Below, one piece after another: positions 9,494 to 18,286 of a stretch of 64,000 nt of DNA (position 1 is its first letter; every line of letters begins with the position of its first letter). The translations under genes and the position numbers were made by a program. The DNA is taken from the IMG/VR virus record IMGVR_UViG_3300047174_000111, positions 32,572-96,571 of that record; one strand, written 5' to 3'. Origin of the DNA: a virus. The notes beneath the pieces are model-generated. The model was not told the origin of the DNA and did no database searches. It was given only the letters and a program-made list of their open reading frames with translations.

Positions 9494-11146
9494 GTGTCCG
9501 ACGACGGCTTTGCCGATCAGGACCTCATGTCGTGGATGGCCAACGCGCCGCTGACGGCGATGGCCGAGATCGACCGCGAGTTGGTCGAGCGCGGTGGACT
9601 GCGCAGCTTCATCGAGCTGGGCTGGGGCACTGTCGAAGGCGAAAGCACCTACCGGCCGAACTGGCACATCGACGCGATATGCGAGCACTTCGAGGCCGTC
9701 AGTCGAGGCGAAATCCGGCGCCTGATGGTTCTCATCCCGCCGCGCCACATGAAGTCCCTGTCTGCCGCAGTTTTCTGGCCCGCCTACGACTGGATCGCCA
9801 ATCCTCAGCGACGCTGGGTCTTCGCTTCCTACGCATTCGATTTGTCGAGGCGCGACAGCGTGAAATGCCGTCGCGTCATTCAGAGCCAATGGTATCGCGA
9901 TCGGTGGGGCGATCGGTTCAAACTGGCACACGATCAGAACCGCCAGGACCGCTTCGACAACGATAAAGGTGGCTACCGCCTCTCCATCAGCGTCGACGGA
10001 AAGGTGACCGGCGAAGGTGGAAATATTATCGTAATAGACGACGCACTCAATGCCAAGGACGCAAACAGCGAAGCGGCTCGAATGAACGTTCAGCGCTGGT
10101 GGGACGAGTCCATGCCGACGCGCCTGAATGATCCTATCACAGGCGCATTTGTAATCGTACAGCAGCGCCTTCATGCGAATGATCTCGTCGGTCATATACG
10201 TAAGAAGAACGACCCTCGCTGGGTCAGCCTTTGCCTTCCGGCCGAATATGAGCCGGATCATCCACAGCGCTGGTTCCGAGACCCGCGCAAGGAAGCCGGC
10301 GAGCTGCTTTGGCCGTCGCGAGTGCCACGCCAAGAAATCGACGAACTCAAAGCGTCGCTAGGAGAATACGCCTCAGCGGGTCAGCTTCAGCAAAGGCCTG
10401 TGCCGCGTGAGGGCGGACTGTTCAAACGACACTGGTTCCACGTCGAAGCGTTCGCCCCGCCCGACTGCACATGGTCCAGCGCATGGGACTTTGCCGCTAC
10501 AGCGGCCAAGGTCACCAAGCCTGACCCAGACTGGACATCGAACGCGCTGGTCGGCAAGTCTCGGACCACGAACAAGTTCTACGTCAAGCGGATCAGACGC
10601 TTCCGCGAAGACCCGGGCGAGGTGCGCCGCCGCGTTCTGGCCACGGCGCAGGAAGACGGCCGGCAGGTCAAGGTGACGATCCCGCAGGACCCCGGCCAGG
10701 CCGGCAAGGATCAGGCGATCCAGTACGTCGGGCTGTTGGCCGGGTTCGAGGTGCTCGCCGAGGCGCAGACCGGCGACAAGATGTCGCGCGCCATGGGGTT
10801 CGCCGCCCAGGCCTCGGTCGGCAACGTGATCCTGATCGACGACGCGCATCTGCCGCCCGAGCAGAAATGGCATGCCGACTTCCTGGCCGAGATCACGTCC
10901 TTCCCGACCGGCGCGCATGACGACCAGGTCGATAGCGTGGCATCCGCCTACAACCGCCTCACCGACAGCACGTCGGGCATCATCGACTTCTACCGCGACC
11001 AGGTCGAGCAAGCAGCGGCCAAAAAGCCCGCGCCCGGCGCGCCGGCCCCGCCGCAGCCGCCGGTGCGTGTCGTGGAGGAGACAACGACCGATCTGGCACA
11101 GGCGCTGCGCGTCCTGCAGAAGAAAATGCAGAACCCCGGCACCTGA
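9494..11146 (+). CDS. terL: terminase large subunit
   Basis: IPPRHMKS, GEGG.IIVIDD, QQRLH..DL.G, QLQQRP, AWDFA, PQDPGQAGK, FP.G.HDDQVDS. Confidence 0.95.
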   Translation: MSDDGFADQDLMSWMANAPLTAMAEIDRELVERGGLRSFIELGWGTVEGESTYRPNWHIDAICEHFEAVSRGEIRRLMVLIPPRHMKSLSAAVFWPAYDWIANPQRRWVFASYAFDLSRRDSVKCRRVIQSQWYRDRWGDRFKLAHDQNRQDRFDNDKGGYRLSISVDGKVTGEGGNIIVIDDALNAKDANSEAARMNVQRWWDESMPTRLNDPITGAFVIVQQRLHANDLVGHIRKKNDPRWVSLCLPAEYEPDHPQRWFRDPRKEAGELLWPSRVPRQEIDELKASLGEYASAGQLQQRPVPREGGLFKRHWFHVEAFAPPDCTWSSAWDFAATAAKVTKPDPDWTSNALVGKSRTTNKFYVKRIRRFREDPGEVRRRVLATAQEDGRQVKVTIPQDPGQAGKDQAIQYVGLLAGFEVLAEAQTGDKMSRAMGFAAQASVGNVILIDDAHLPPEQKWHADFLAEITSFPTGAHDDQVDSVASAYNRLTDSTSGIIDFYRDQVEQAAAKKPAPGAPAPPQPPVRVVEETTTDLAQALRVLQKKMQNPGT

Positions 11147-11311
11147 CATTCACGCCTGAACCACAAGAATATAGCTCTGGTTTAAGTCTCTGATTTTGCT
11201 GTGTATTGGGACCGAATTGCCTTGCGGCACACCAGGATGTGACGGTAATGGACCGAAGCATGGGTGCGGCCATGCCCGGCGCGACCCATCGATCAGCCAA
11301 GGGGGCATCGC

Positions 11312-12058
11312 ATGGAGCATCGCATCAGCCCACCGAACTTGGCCGCCGCCACAGTCGTCGCGCGGCGTCCCGGCGCGGCGCAGCTCTCCTGGATCAGGAT
11401 TTGGCCTGTCGCACATCGGCCGCCTTTTGCGCGTCGTCAGCGCATCGTGCGCGACGTCGTCGCGCCGATCGGCCAGCTCCTGCTCCGTCTGCCCGACCCC
11501 ACCGTTCTCACGCCGCTCGTGGCGGACATCGAGCGCATCCTGGATCGCCTCGCATCGTCCGGCGCGCCCATGCCGAACAACCCTGTCCTGGGCGAGCTGG
11601 CGGGCCGCGGCCGGTCGAGCGCGAGCCGAGCGCTGGAGCGGCTGTTCAAGATGCGCAGGATCCGGATCGAGTCACGCCCCGGGCAGCGCCGGATCGTGCT
11701 GCGCGACGGCCGTGCAACGGGCTGGGGCGACGCGAGGCCGGGCCATGCGCCCTACTGCTCGAACCGCAAGGGCGAGACGCCGCGGCCCCCGCAGCGCGCG
11801 CCGAACAGCCCGCCCATGCCGCCCGCGGTGCGCGCCGCGCCTGTCGTGGCCGGGCCCGCCCCGACGTGCCAATGGCCGATGTGGGCCCACGGCGTCGCGC
11901 CGAACGACACATACTGTGGCCAGCCCAGCATGGCGGGACGGAGCTGGTGCCCCCTTCACCACCGCGCCTGCTTTGGTGACGACAGGTGGAGCGAGCCGCG
12001 AATTCCCCAGACGCGATACGCGCACCCGGTGGATCGCACGTACGCGGACAGGATGTGA
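11312..12058 (+). CDS. wHTH + GcrA C-terminal-type domain regulator
   Basis: TCQWPMW...YCGQP...GRSWCPLHH matches the GcrA C-terminal pattern; central HTH/wing. Confidence 0.7.
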   Translation: MEHRISPPNLAAATVVARRPGAAQLSWIRIWPVAHRPPFARRQRIVRDVVAPIGQLLLRLPDPTVLTPLVADIERILDRLASSGAPMPNNPVLGELAGRGRSSASRALERLFKMRRIRIESRPGQRRIVLRDGRATGWGDARPGHAPYCSNRKGETPRPPQRAPNSPPMPPAVRAAPVVAGPAPTCQWPMWAHGVAPNDTYCGQPSMAGRSWCPLHHRACFGDDRWSEPRIPQTRYAHPVDRTYADRM

Positions 12059-12507
12059 TGTTCCAGACGCCGTTCCATGGCTGGGCGACACAAGCTCCGT
12101 CGTCCCACAACTCATCGTCGCCAGCCCCCGTCTCGCAGCGGGCCGGATCGACGTTCGGCGCCTTCGAACAGCTGCCGCCTGCGGTGCGGGATTATCTGCA
12201 CGAACACACGTCAGATGTCTGTCCGATCAAGACCTTGGAGCAATGGCGCGACGTCCAAAGAGCAATTCGTATCGTTCGTGACAGTGGCTCGAAGATCGAT
12301 GAAGACGATGTGATCCGTCAGTTTATTGCGAAGCTGCGGGAAGCGGAGGAAAATGAAATCGTCATGCTGGCGCATCGCGAGAGCGCGAGATGGAAGGCGG
12401 GGTATCCGCACATCGAGGCGCGTGCGACGATCCAGCGCTACGGAACACGAGCTTCAAGCAAAACCCGCAGAACACTCGGGACGCCAGCGCGGTCTCGTGC
12501 TCGATAG
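12058..12507 (+). CDS. hypothetical protein (DUF6525-like)
   Basis: AFEQLPPAVRDYL motif; TGATG coupling. Confidence 0.5.
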   Translation: MFQTPFHGWATQAPSSHNSSSPAPVSQRAGSTFGAFEQLPPAVRDYLHEHTSDVCPIKTLEQWRDVQRAIRIVRDSGSKIDEDDVIRQFIAKLREAEENEIVMLAHRESARWKAGYPHIEARATIQRYGTRASSKTRRTLGTPARSRAR

Positions 12508-12511
12508 GTTA

Positions 12512-12540
12512 TTGCGTAAAAGCAAACGCCTTTCTATAAG
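12512..12540 (+). promoter_or_regulatory. sigma70-type promoter upstream of portal
   Basis: TTGCGT-17nt-TATAAG. Confidence 0.55.
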
Positions 12541-12667
12541 TCGACGTGCCAAGTCACGGCAGCTTCCGGCGGCCGGATAGGCTGCGAAGGGGACCAAACA
12601 GAGGTAGCGCGGCGGGGTATCGACGCCCGAGGGATGCCCCGCCACATGCTGCCGCAGGTCCGCGCCC

Positions 12668-15469
12668 ATGGCGCCTAAAATCACGCCGGGCGCAAGGGTG
12701 ACCGCGTTCACGCAGGAAATGATCTCGCGCGTCGCGGGCACGCTCAACTTTTTCAGCACCCAGGCCGCGCCCGGCGCCGCGACGGTGATCCGTCCGCCGA
12801 CGGCCGAGCCGTGGTTTGGTCCCGGTCGGCCGATGCTCCCGGCCGCGCCGGCCCAGGACGTCAAGGGGCGGGCGTTCGACTACCCGAACCAGTACAACAT
12901 CCAGATCCAGCCGCGCGCCTACGAGGGCATTTCCTTTGGGATGCTCAAGCGGCTCGCCGACGCCTCGGACATGGTCAGGCTCGCGATCGAAACCCGCAAG
13001 GACCAGTTCTCGGCGCTGGAGTGGTCGATCCAGCCCAAGATGGCGCAGGGCCAGGAGCTGCGATCAGCGCCGGACGCGCGCTGCGCCATGATCGAGGCCG
13101 CGCTCCAATATCCCGATCGGCGCCTGCCCTGGCACGCCTGGCAGCGCAAGATCATCGAGGAGCAGCTCGTCACCGACGCGGTGTCGATCTATGTGCGCCC
13201 CGACATGGGCGGCCGGCCATACAGCTTCGAGGTGCTGGACGGCGAGACGATCGCGCCGAAGCTCGATCTGTCGGGCCGCGAGCCTGAGGCGCCCGCGCCG
13301 GCCTACCAGCAGCGGCTCAAGGGCATGCCTGCGGTTGACTACAGCTCCGACGAGCTGATCTATGCGCCGCGCAATCCAAGAAACGGTCGCGTCTACGGAT
13401 GCTCTCCTGTAGAACAGATCATCATGACGGTAAATATTGCGATCCGTCGTGAAGTATCAAAGCTCCAATTCTACTGCTATTCTGATGATACAGAGGTGCT
13501 TACGAAGCGCGGATGGCTTCGCTTCGCCGAGACGACTTCCGACGACCAGTTCGCAACCCGTCAGATCAACACGGCCGTATTCGAGTGGCAAAAGCCTTAC
13601 GACACTTTCTACAAGCATTATACTGGAGAACTGATCCACTTCACCGGTCGATCGCTCGACCTGCTCGTGACGCCTCACCACAGGATGCTCGTGAACGTCT
13701 TTCCCGGAGCCATGGGCCGCAAGCCCAAGGGAGAGCACGTCATCACCGCAGAGGAGCTTGAGCGCTATGGCACGCCCAACGTCGGCCTACCGCAAACATC
13801 GGTGTGGGCAGGCGAAGAGCTGGGCGACCAAACGTTCACCGACGCCAACCCGCACTCCTGGGACATCACGCTCACCGGCGATCAGTATTGCGCCTTCATG
13901 GGCATGTATCTGGCCGAGGGCAATCTCAGGAAGCGATCGATTGCCATTTCCCAGCCGCCCGACACGCGCGGCGCGCACGAGAAGTACGGCGCGCTCCTGA
14001 AAGAAATCTTCGGCAGCGTCAGCTACTGCGGCCACCAGTTCGAGGTGGGACGCAAGGCGCTGGTCGAGCACCTTCGCCAGTTCGGCAAGGCTGGCGAAAA
14101 GTTCATCCCTGAGACGATCAAGGGCGCGACGCCACGTCAGCTGAAGATTTTCTTCGAGCACTATATGCTGGGTGACGGAACGGCGTTCGGCGATCGAGGC
14201 GGCATCCAGCAGGCGTTCACGGTGAGCCGGCGGCTCTCGGACGATCTGACTGAGATCGGTCAGAAACTGGGCTATGCGCCGGCGGTGTTCACCCGCAAAG
14301 CTGGGAAGGGAATGGTGGGAGACCGCGAGGTCAACCAGCGCGTCGGCTACATGATCACGTTTGGGCGCCGCAAAGCGACCAAGGGCTGGACGGCGAAACG
14401 CGTGAACTACGACGCTCCGGTCGCATGCGTCTGCGTCCCGAACAAGTTCCTGTACGTGCGCCGCAACGGCAAAGCGGTTTGGTCCGGGAACACGGAGGGC
14501 ACTGTTCCGGAAGCACTCGCGAGTGTCCCGAAGGAGTGGGGACCGGACAAGATCAAGGAATTCCAGGACATCTGGGACACGATGCTTGCCGATCAGGCCA
14601 CGAAGCGGCGACTGAAGTTCGTGCCGGGCGACATGACGTTCCAGCCGACCCGCGCGGATTCGTCGCTGCAGGACCCATACGACGAGTGGCTCGCCCGCGT
14701 CATCATGTTCGCGTTCAGCTTGCCGGCTTTGCCCTTTGTAAAGATGCAAAATCGCGCGACCGCTGATACCGCTTACGAAACGGCTTTGGAGGAAGGTCTC
14801 CAGCCCATGATGACCTGGTTCAAGACCAGCATCATGGACCGGATCATCCAGCGGAATTACGGGTTCACTGACGTGGAATTCGTCTGGAAGGACGTCGACG
14901 ACGTCGATCCGGGCGAGCAGCAGACCCGAGACCTGTCAATGATCCAGGTCGGGGTGAAAAGCATCGACGAGGTGCGCGCCGGCATGGGACTGCAGCCGAT
15001 CGGCATGACGCACGCCATCTGGGGCATCGGCCCGGCCGGCATCATGTTCGTCTCCGACCTCGTCCAGGCGCGGGACCAGGGGCTGCTGCAGATCCAGCCG
15101 CCGGCGCCGCCGCCCATGATGGCGGCCGGTGATCCGAACGACCCGATGGACGGAGGACCGGGCTTCGTGGACGGCGGTAGCCCGGCGCCGGGATCGAACG
15201 CGGCGCCGATGCTTGCGCTGCCCGCACCGCGCCGCGCGCTGCCCGCGCCTGGGCAGCCCGGCGTGGCGGACGCGCTGGCCGGAGTGCCGCCGAAGCTGCT
15301 CGCTGCCGTTGGTCTGGGGCCGGCCGGACCGGCGGGTCGCAGCGTCGATGTGACATCTGGCGAGGAGACGGCCAGCGACCCGCTGGCGCGGCATGCAGCC
15401 AACCCCACGGTGCTGCGCACACTGCGCGCCGCGGAACGCACCCAACAGAACAGGAGACCAAGCCGATGA
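12668..15469 (+). CDS. portal protein containing an intein
   Basis: portal motifs (AIETRKDQ, YGCSPVEQI, DEWLAR...AF, SIDEVRA.MGL.P) interrupted by intein. Confidence 0.9.
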   Translation: MAPKITPGARVTAFTQEMISRVAGTLNFFSTQAAPGAATVIRPPTAEPWFGPGRPMLPAAPAQDVKGRAFDYPNQYNIQIQPRAYEGISFGMLKRLADASDMVRLAIETRKDQFSALEWSIQPKMAQGQELRSAPDARCAMIEAALQYPDRRLPWHAWQRKIIEEQLVTDAVSIYVRPDMGGRPYSFEVLDGETIAPKLDLSGREPEAPAPAYQQRLKGMPAVDYSSDELIYAPRNPRNGRVYGCSPVEQIIMTVNIAIRREVSKLQFYCYSDDTEVLTKRGWLRFAETTSDDQFATRQINTAVFEWQKPYDTFYKHYTGELIHFTGRSLDLLVTPHHRMLVNVFPGAMGRKPKGEHVITAEELERYGTPNVGLPQTSVWAGEELGDQTFTDANPHSWDITLTGDQYCAFMGMYLAEGNLRKRSIAISQPPDTRGAHEKYGALLKEIFGSVSYCGHQFEVGRKALVEHLRQFGKAGEKFIPETIKGATPRQLKIFFEHYMLGDGTAFGDRGGIQQAFTVSRRLSDDLTEIGQKLGYAPAVFTRKAGKGMVGDREVNQRVGYMITFGRRKATKGWTAKRVNYDAPVACVCVPNKFLYVRRNGKAVWSGNTEGTVPEALASVPKEWGPDKIKEFQDIWDTMLADQATKRRLKFVPGDMTFQPTRADSSLQDPYDEWLARVIMFAFSLPALPFVKMQNRATADTAYETALEEGLQPMMTWFKTSIMDRIIQRNYGFTDVEFVWKDVDDVDPGEQQTRDLSMIQVGVKSIDEVRAGMGLQPIGMTHAIWGIGPAGIMFVSDLVQARDQGLLQIQPPAPPPMMAAGDPNDPMDGGPGFVDGGSPAPGSNAAPMLALPAPRRALPAPGQPGVADALAGVPPKLLAAVGLGPAGPAGRSVDVTSGEETASDPLARHAANPTVLRTLRAAERTQQNRRPSR
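13475..14491 (+). mobile_element. intein with LAGLIDADG homing endonuclease (339 aa)
   Basis: starts CYSDDTEVLTKRGW; block B VTPHH; FMGMYLAEG and YMLGDG; ends VRRNGKAVWSGN followed by Thr +1. Confidence 0.92.
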
Positions 15470-16356
15470 ACTACACGACCGAGTTGCCGCTGTGGGAACT
15501 TCACGGTCTGCCGTTCAAAACGGAGGAAGGGCAAACGATCGGGTTTGTCAGGTCCATCGATGCCGAGGCCGGCACGGTGACGGTGGAGCTGAACGACGAA
15601 GGCGGGGAGCTGGTCATCTCGGCGGGCGGCGTTCTCGACAACGGCCATTTCGACGGCATCAGGATGCGCGAGCCTCTGCGGCCCAGGGCGCTGGACAAAG
15701 GCGTCGGCGTCGACACGCTTGATGCGATCGACCAAGCGCGGGCGAAGTTTGGGATTCCGCCGCTCGCGCGCCTCCGGGCTTACAGTGTGGCGTCTGGCGG
15801 CACGATCGAACCCGGCGCTCCGGTCCACGAGCCATCTTTTGAGCAAACGCTGCCGCGGCGGCTTGTCGAGGATATCGTCGACCGCACCACGGACAAGGCG
15901 CCGGTAACGTTTGACACCGACATGGCGCCGATCACTGACATGATACGCCGTCCGACGATCGGCGTGAGCTGGTCGGAACCGCCGGCCGCGGTCAAGCGCG
16001 CGATCGCCACTCTGAAGGGCGACCTGCGCATGCCGCGACCCGGCGCGCTGCGGCCGGTGCCGAAAATGCCGGACGAACCTGTCCAGGCGCTGGTGCTGAT
16101 GAGCCGCGACAACCCGCATGGCTGGAAGCTGGAGGAGCTGCTCGACCAGCTGGAGGTCGAACTCAAGGCGAAGAACGAGAAGCTGGTCGGCGACGACAGC
16201 GACACGGCGATCCGGGTGCTGGCGAACAATCGCCGCATCATCACCCTGCTGCACCAATGCGCGCTGATGCAGCGCGACAGCATCGATGCGCTCGATCGGC
16301 TCGCGCCGGACCAGGGGCCGCTGGGCAGACCCAGGATCGGCGACGGTGCAACGTGA
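15466..16356 (+). CDS. hypothetical protein
   Basis: ATGA-coupled to portal; helical C-terminal domain LMSRDNPHGWKLEELL. Confidence 0.7.
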   Translation: MNYTTELPLWELHGLPFKTEEGQTIGFVRSIDAEAGTVTVELNDEGGELVISAGGVLDNGHFDGIRMREPLRPRALDKGVGVDTLDAIDQARAKFGIPPLARLRAYSVASGGTIEPGAPVHEPSFEQTLPRRLVEDIVDRTTDKAPVTFDTDMAPITDMIRRPTIGVSWSEPPAAVKRAIATLKGDLRMPRPGALRPVPKMPDEPVQALVLMSRDNPHGWKLEELLDQLEVELKAKNEKLVGDDSDTAIRVLANNRRIITLLHQCALMQRDSIDALDRLAPDQGPLGRPRIGDGAT

Positions 16357-16357
16357 A

Positions 16358-16585
16358 ATGAACCCGTGTCAGCACGTCTACATGCGCTCGATGGATCAGA
16401 TGCACCTTTTCCGCTGCGTCAAATGCGGCCACGTCATGCCGCGGGACGAACTGCGTGGACGAACGATCGAGGTGCTGCGCGATCTGATCAGCACCCAGGA
16501 AAACATGGAGGATCGCCCTGACGCACGCGGCCTATCCCCACTGCTGGTCAGAGCGCGTGCGCTGCTCCAGGAGATTGGCGGGTGA
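16358..16585 (+). CDS. small Zn-binding protein
   Basis: CQH...RCVKCGH. Confidence 0.55.
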   Translation: MNPCQHVYMRSMDQMHLFRCVKCGHVMPRDELRGRTIEVLRDLISTQENMEDRPDARGLSPLLVRARALLQEIGG

Positions 16586-17016
16586 GCCATAACATCTGGA
16601 CGTGCGGGTGCGCCGACTGCGCGCCGCGCTTGAGCGACGCCATGAAGAACCTGCAGGCCTCCGTCTGCGCCTCCATCTGGGCGGCTGAGGAGGGCGCCAT
16701 CATGGGTGACGACATCGCCGAAGACGGCTTGACCTACCAAGCGCTGGTCGCCAAGGCTCCGTACAACATGGCTGATCTCGTGAAGTCGGCGAAAGAGCTG
16801 AGCGCGTTGATCAAGGATATGTACGATCCCATGGCCCTCTCCAATTTCGAGCTGCCGCTCCTGCCGACGATGGGCTTCAAGCCCGCAAGAGACGTGCCTG
16901 TCCCGCTCGACGCGTGCCGCCGCACGGCCGTCATCATCAAAACGCCGTCGCCACCGGTGACCGGCAACCGGCACGCCCGGCGCGCGGCGCTCAGTCGGAA
17001 GAACCGACATGCTTGA
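16582..17016 (+). CDS. hypothetical protein
   Basis: GTGA-coupled; CGCADC. Confidence 0.55.
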   Translation: MSHNIWTCGCADCAPRLSDAMKNLQASVCASIWAAEEGAIMGDDIAEDGLTYQALVAKAPYNMADLVKSAKELSALIKDMYDPMALSNFELPLLPTMGFKPARDVPVPLDACRRTAVIIKTPSPPVTGNRHARRAALSRKNRHA

Positions 17017-18280
17017 GCTGCTGAAGTTCGACGCCGCGAAGCACCCGCGCGACGACGCGGGCCGGTTCAGCGGCACGGCATCGGTGGCCGACGGCAAGCC
17101 GGCGCCCGTGGTGATCCGCGCCGACGGTCCGCGTTCGCTGACCCGGGGCGAGGCTTGGCAGCGCACCGGCGCCAAGATCGCGGAGCTTCCGGCGAGTTAC
17201 ACCGGCTCCCGCGACCGCGAGTTGCCGGTCGGCTCGTTCACGACCCACAAGCTGGTTCACCAGATCCCGCACGACATGGACCTGCGCGAGGACGCAGGCC
17301 TGCGCAGCCGGTTGTTCGGCATCGTGAAGCAGGAGCGCGAGGGCGCTGTGGCGAAGGGGCGGGAGCGCGGCCTGATCCCTGACGGCACCGAACCGCGGGC
17401 GATCACGCGGGCCTACAACCACGGCGCCATGCTGGCGCTGCACGACCACGGCGCGGTCGACTACGACTTCAAGATGGACGACGACCTGAAAGCGCAGATG
17501 AAGCCGATGGAGGACTTCATCCGCTACGCCCGCCGGCGCGTGAAGTCGAAGGTGCTCGGGCAGGAAAAGGGAAGCTGGAAGCCCTACCGCGCGGCGTTCG
17601 GCAAGCCGTTCAAGAACGCTAAGTTCAACAAGGAAACAGGCGAGCAGCGCCTCCGCGTCCGTCCGAACGACGTGCTGATCAAGGCCGTGCCGTCGCCACC
17701 GGTGGGGCAGTCGCCCGGCGCGACAGGTCCGCTCCAGGCCGGCCAGGTCTCGCGCTGGGACAGGATGCGCGTCACGCTGGCGCGCAGCGAGAACGCCGGC
17801 AACAGGTCGTTCAAGCCCCTCACGATGCAGCAGCGCCTGGAGCGCAAGCACGCCGCGGTCGATGAGCGGCTCAAGCTCCAGCAGGGCGGCATGCGGCTCA
17901 ACCAGGGGATGCTTGGCTCGCTCAAGGGGCTCAACATCAGCAAGCGCCCCGGGCTGCAGTCGGCCCTATCTACGGGCCCGAAGATCGATCTCGGCGCGCT
18001 GTCCCGCCCCGCAGCTCCGGCGGTTCCGGACATGACCAAGCTGGCCCCGTCGCACAAGGTCGCGCCGGCGGCGCACGACATGATGCCGGACCACCTCAAG
18101 CACATCACGGCGCCGACCAGGCGCATCGCCGCGCCGCGGCCCGTCGCTGCCATGATGCCCACGGTCAACGCCATCCTCAGCTCCAGCGCCCGCCAGCACG
18201 ATCCGCGTCCCAACCGTTTCCGCAACACCCAGGCGGTCGCCGACCACAAGGCGCCGATCGGCCACATCGGCCACGGGTGA
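17009..18280 (+). CDS. putative internal head (cargo) protein
   Basis: begins MLELLK|FDAAKHPRDDAGRF; basic; head module. Confidence 0.65.
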   Translation: MLELLKFDAAKHPRDDAGRFSGTASVADGKPAPVVIRADGPRSLTRGEAWQRTGAKIAELPASYTGSRDRELPVGSFTTHKLVHQIPHDMDLREDAGLRSRLFGIVKQEREGAVAKGRERGLIPDGTEPRAITRAYNHGAMLALHDHGAVDYDFKMDDDLKAQMKPMEDFIRYARRRVKSKVLGQEKGSWKPYRAAFGKPFKNAKFNKETGEQRLRVRPNDVLIKAVPSPPVGQSPGATGPLQAGQVSRWDRMRVTLARSENAGNRSFKPLTMQQRLERKHAAVDERLKLQQGGMRLNQGMLGSLKGLNISKRPGLQSALSTGPKIDLGALSRPAAPAVPDMTKLAPSHKVAPAAHDMMPDHLKHITAPTRRIAAPRPVAAMMPTVNAILSSSARQHDPRPNRFRNTQAVADHKAPIGHIGHG

Positions 18281-18286
18281 TCGCCG

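Noticed and set aside
15690-15770. IDQARAKFGIPPL resembles portal C-terminal IDEVRAGMGLQPI
   Set aside because: Too short to support a duplication claim
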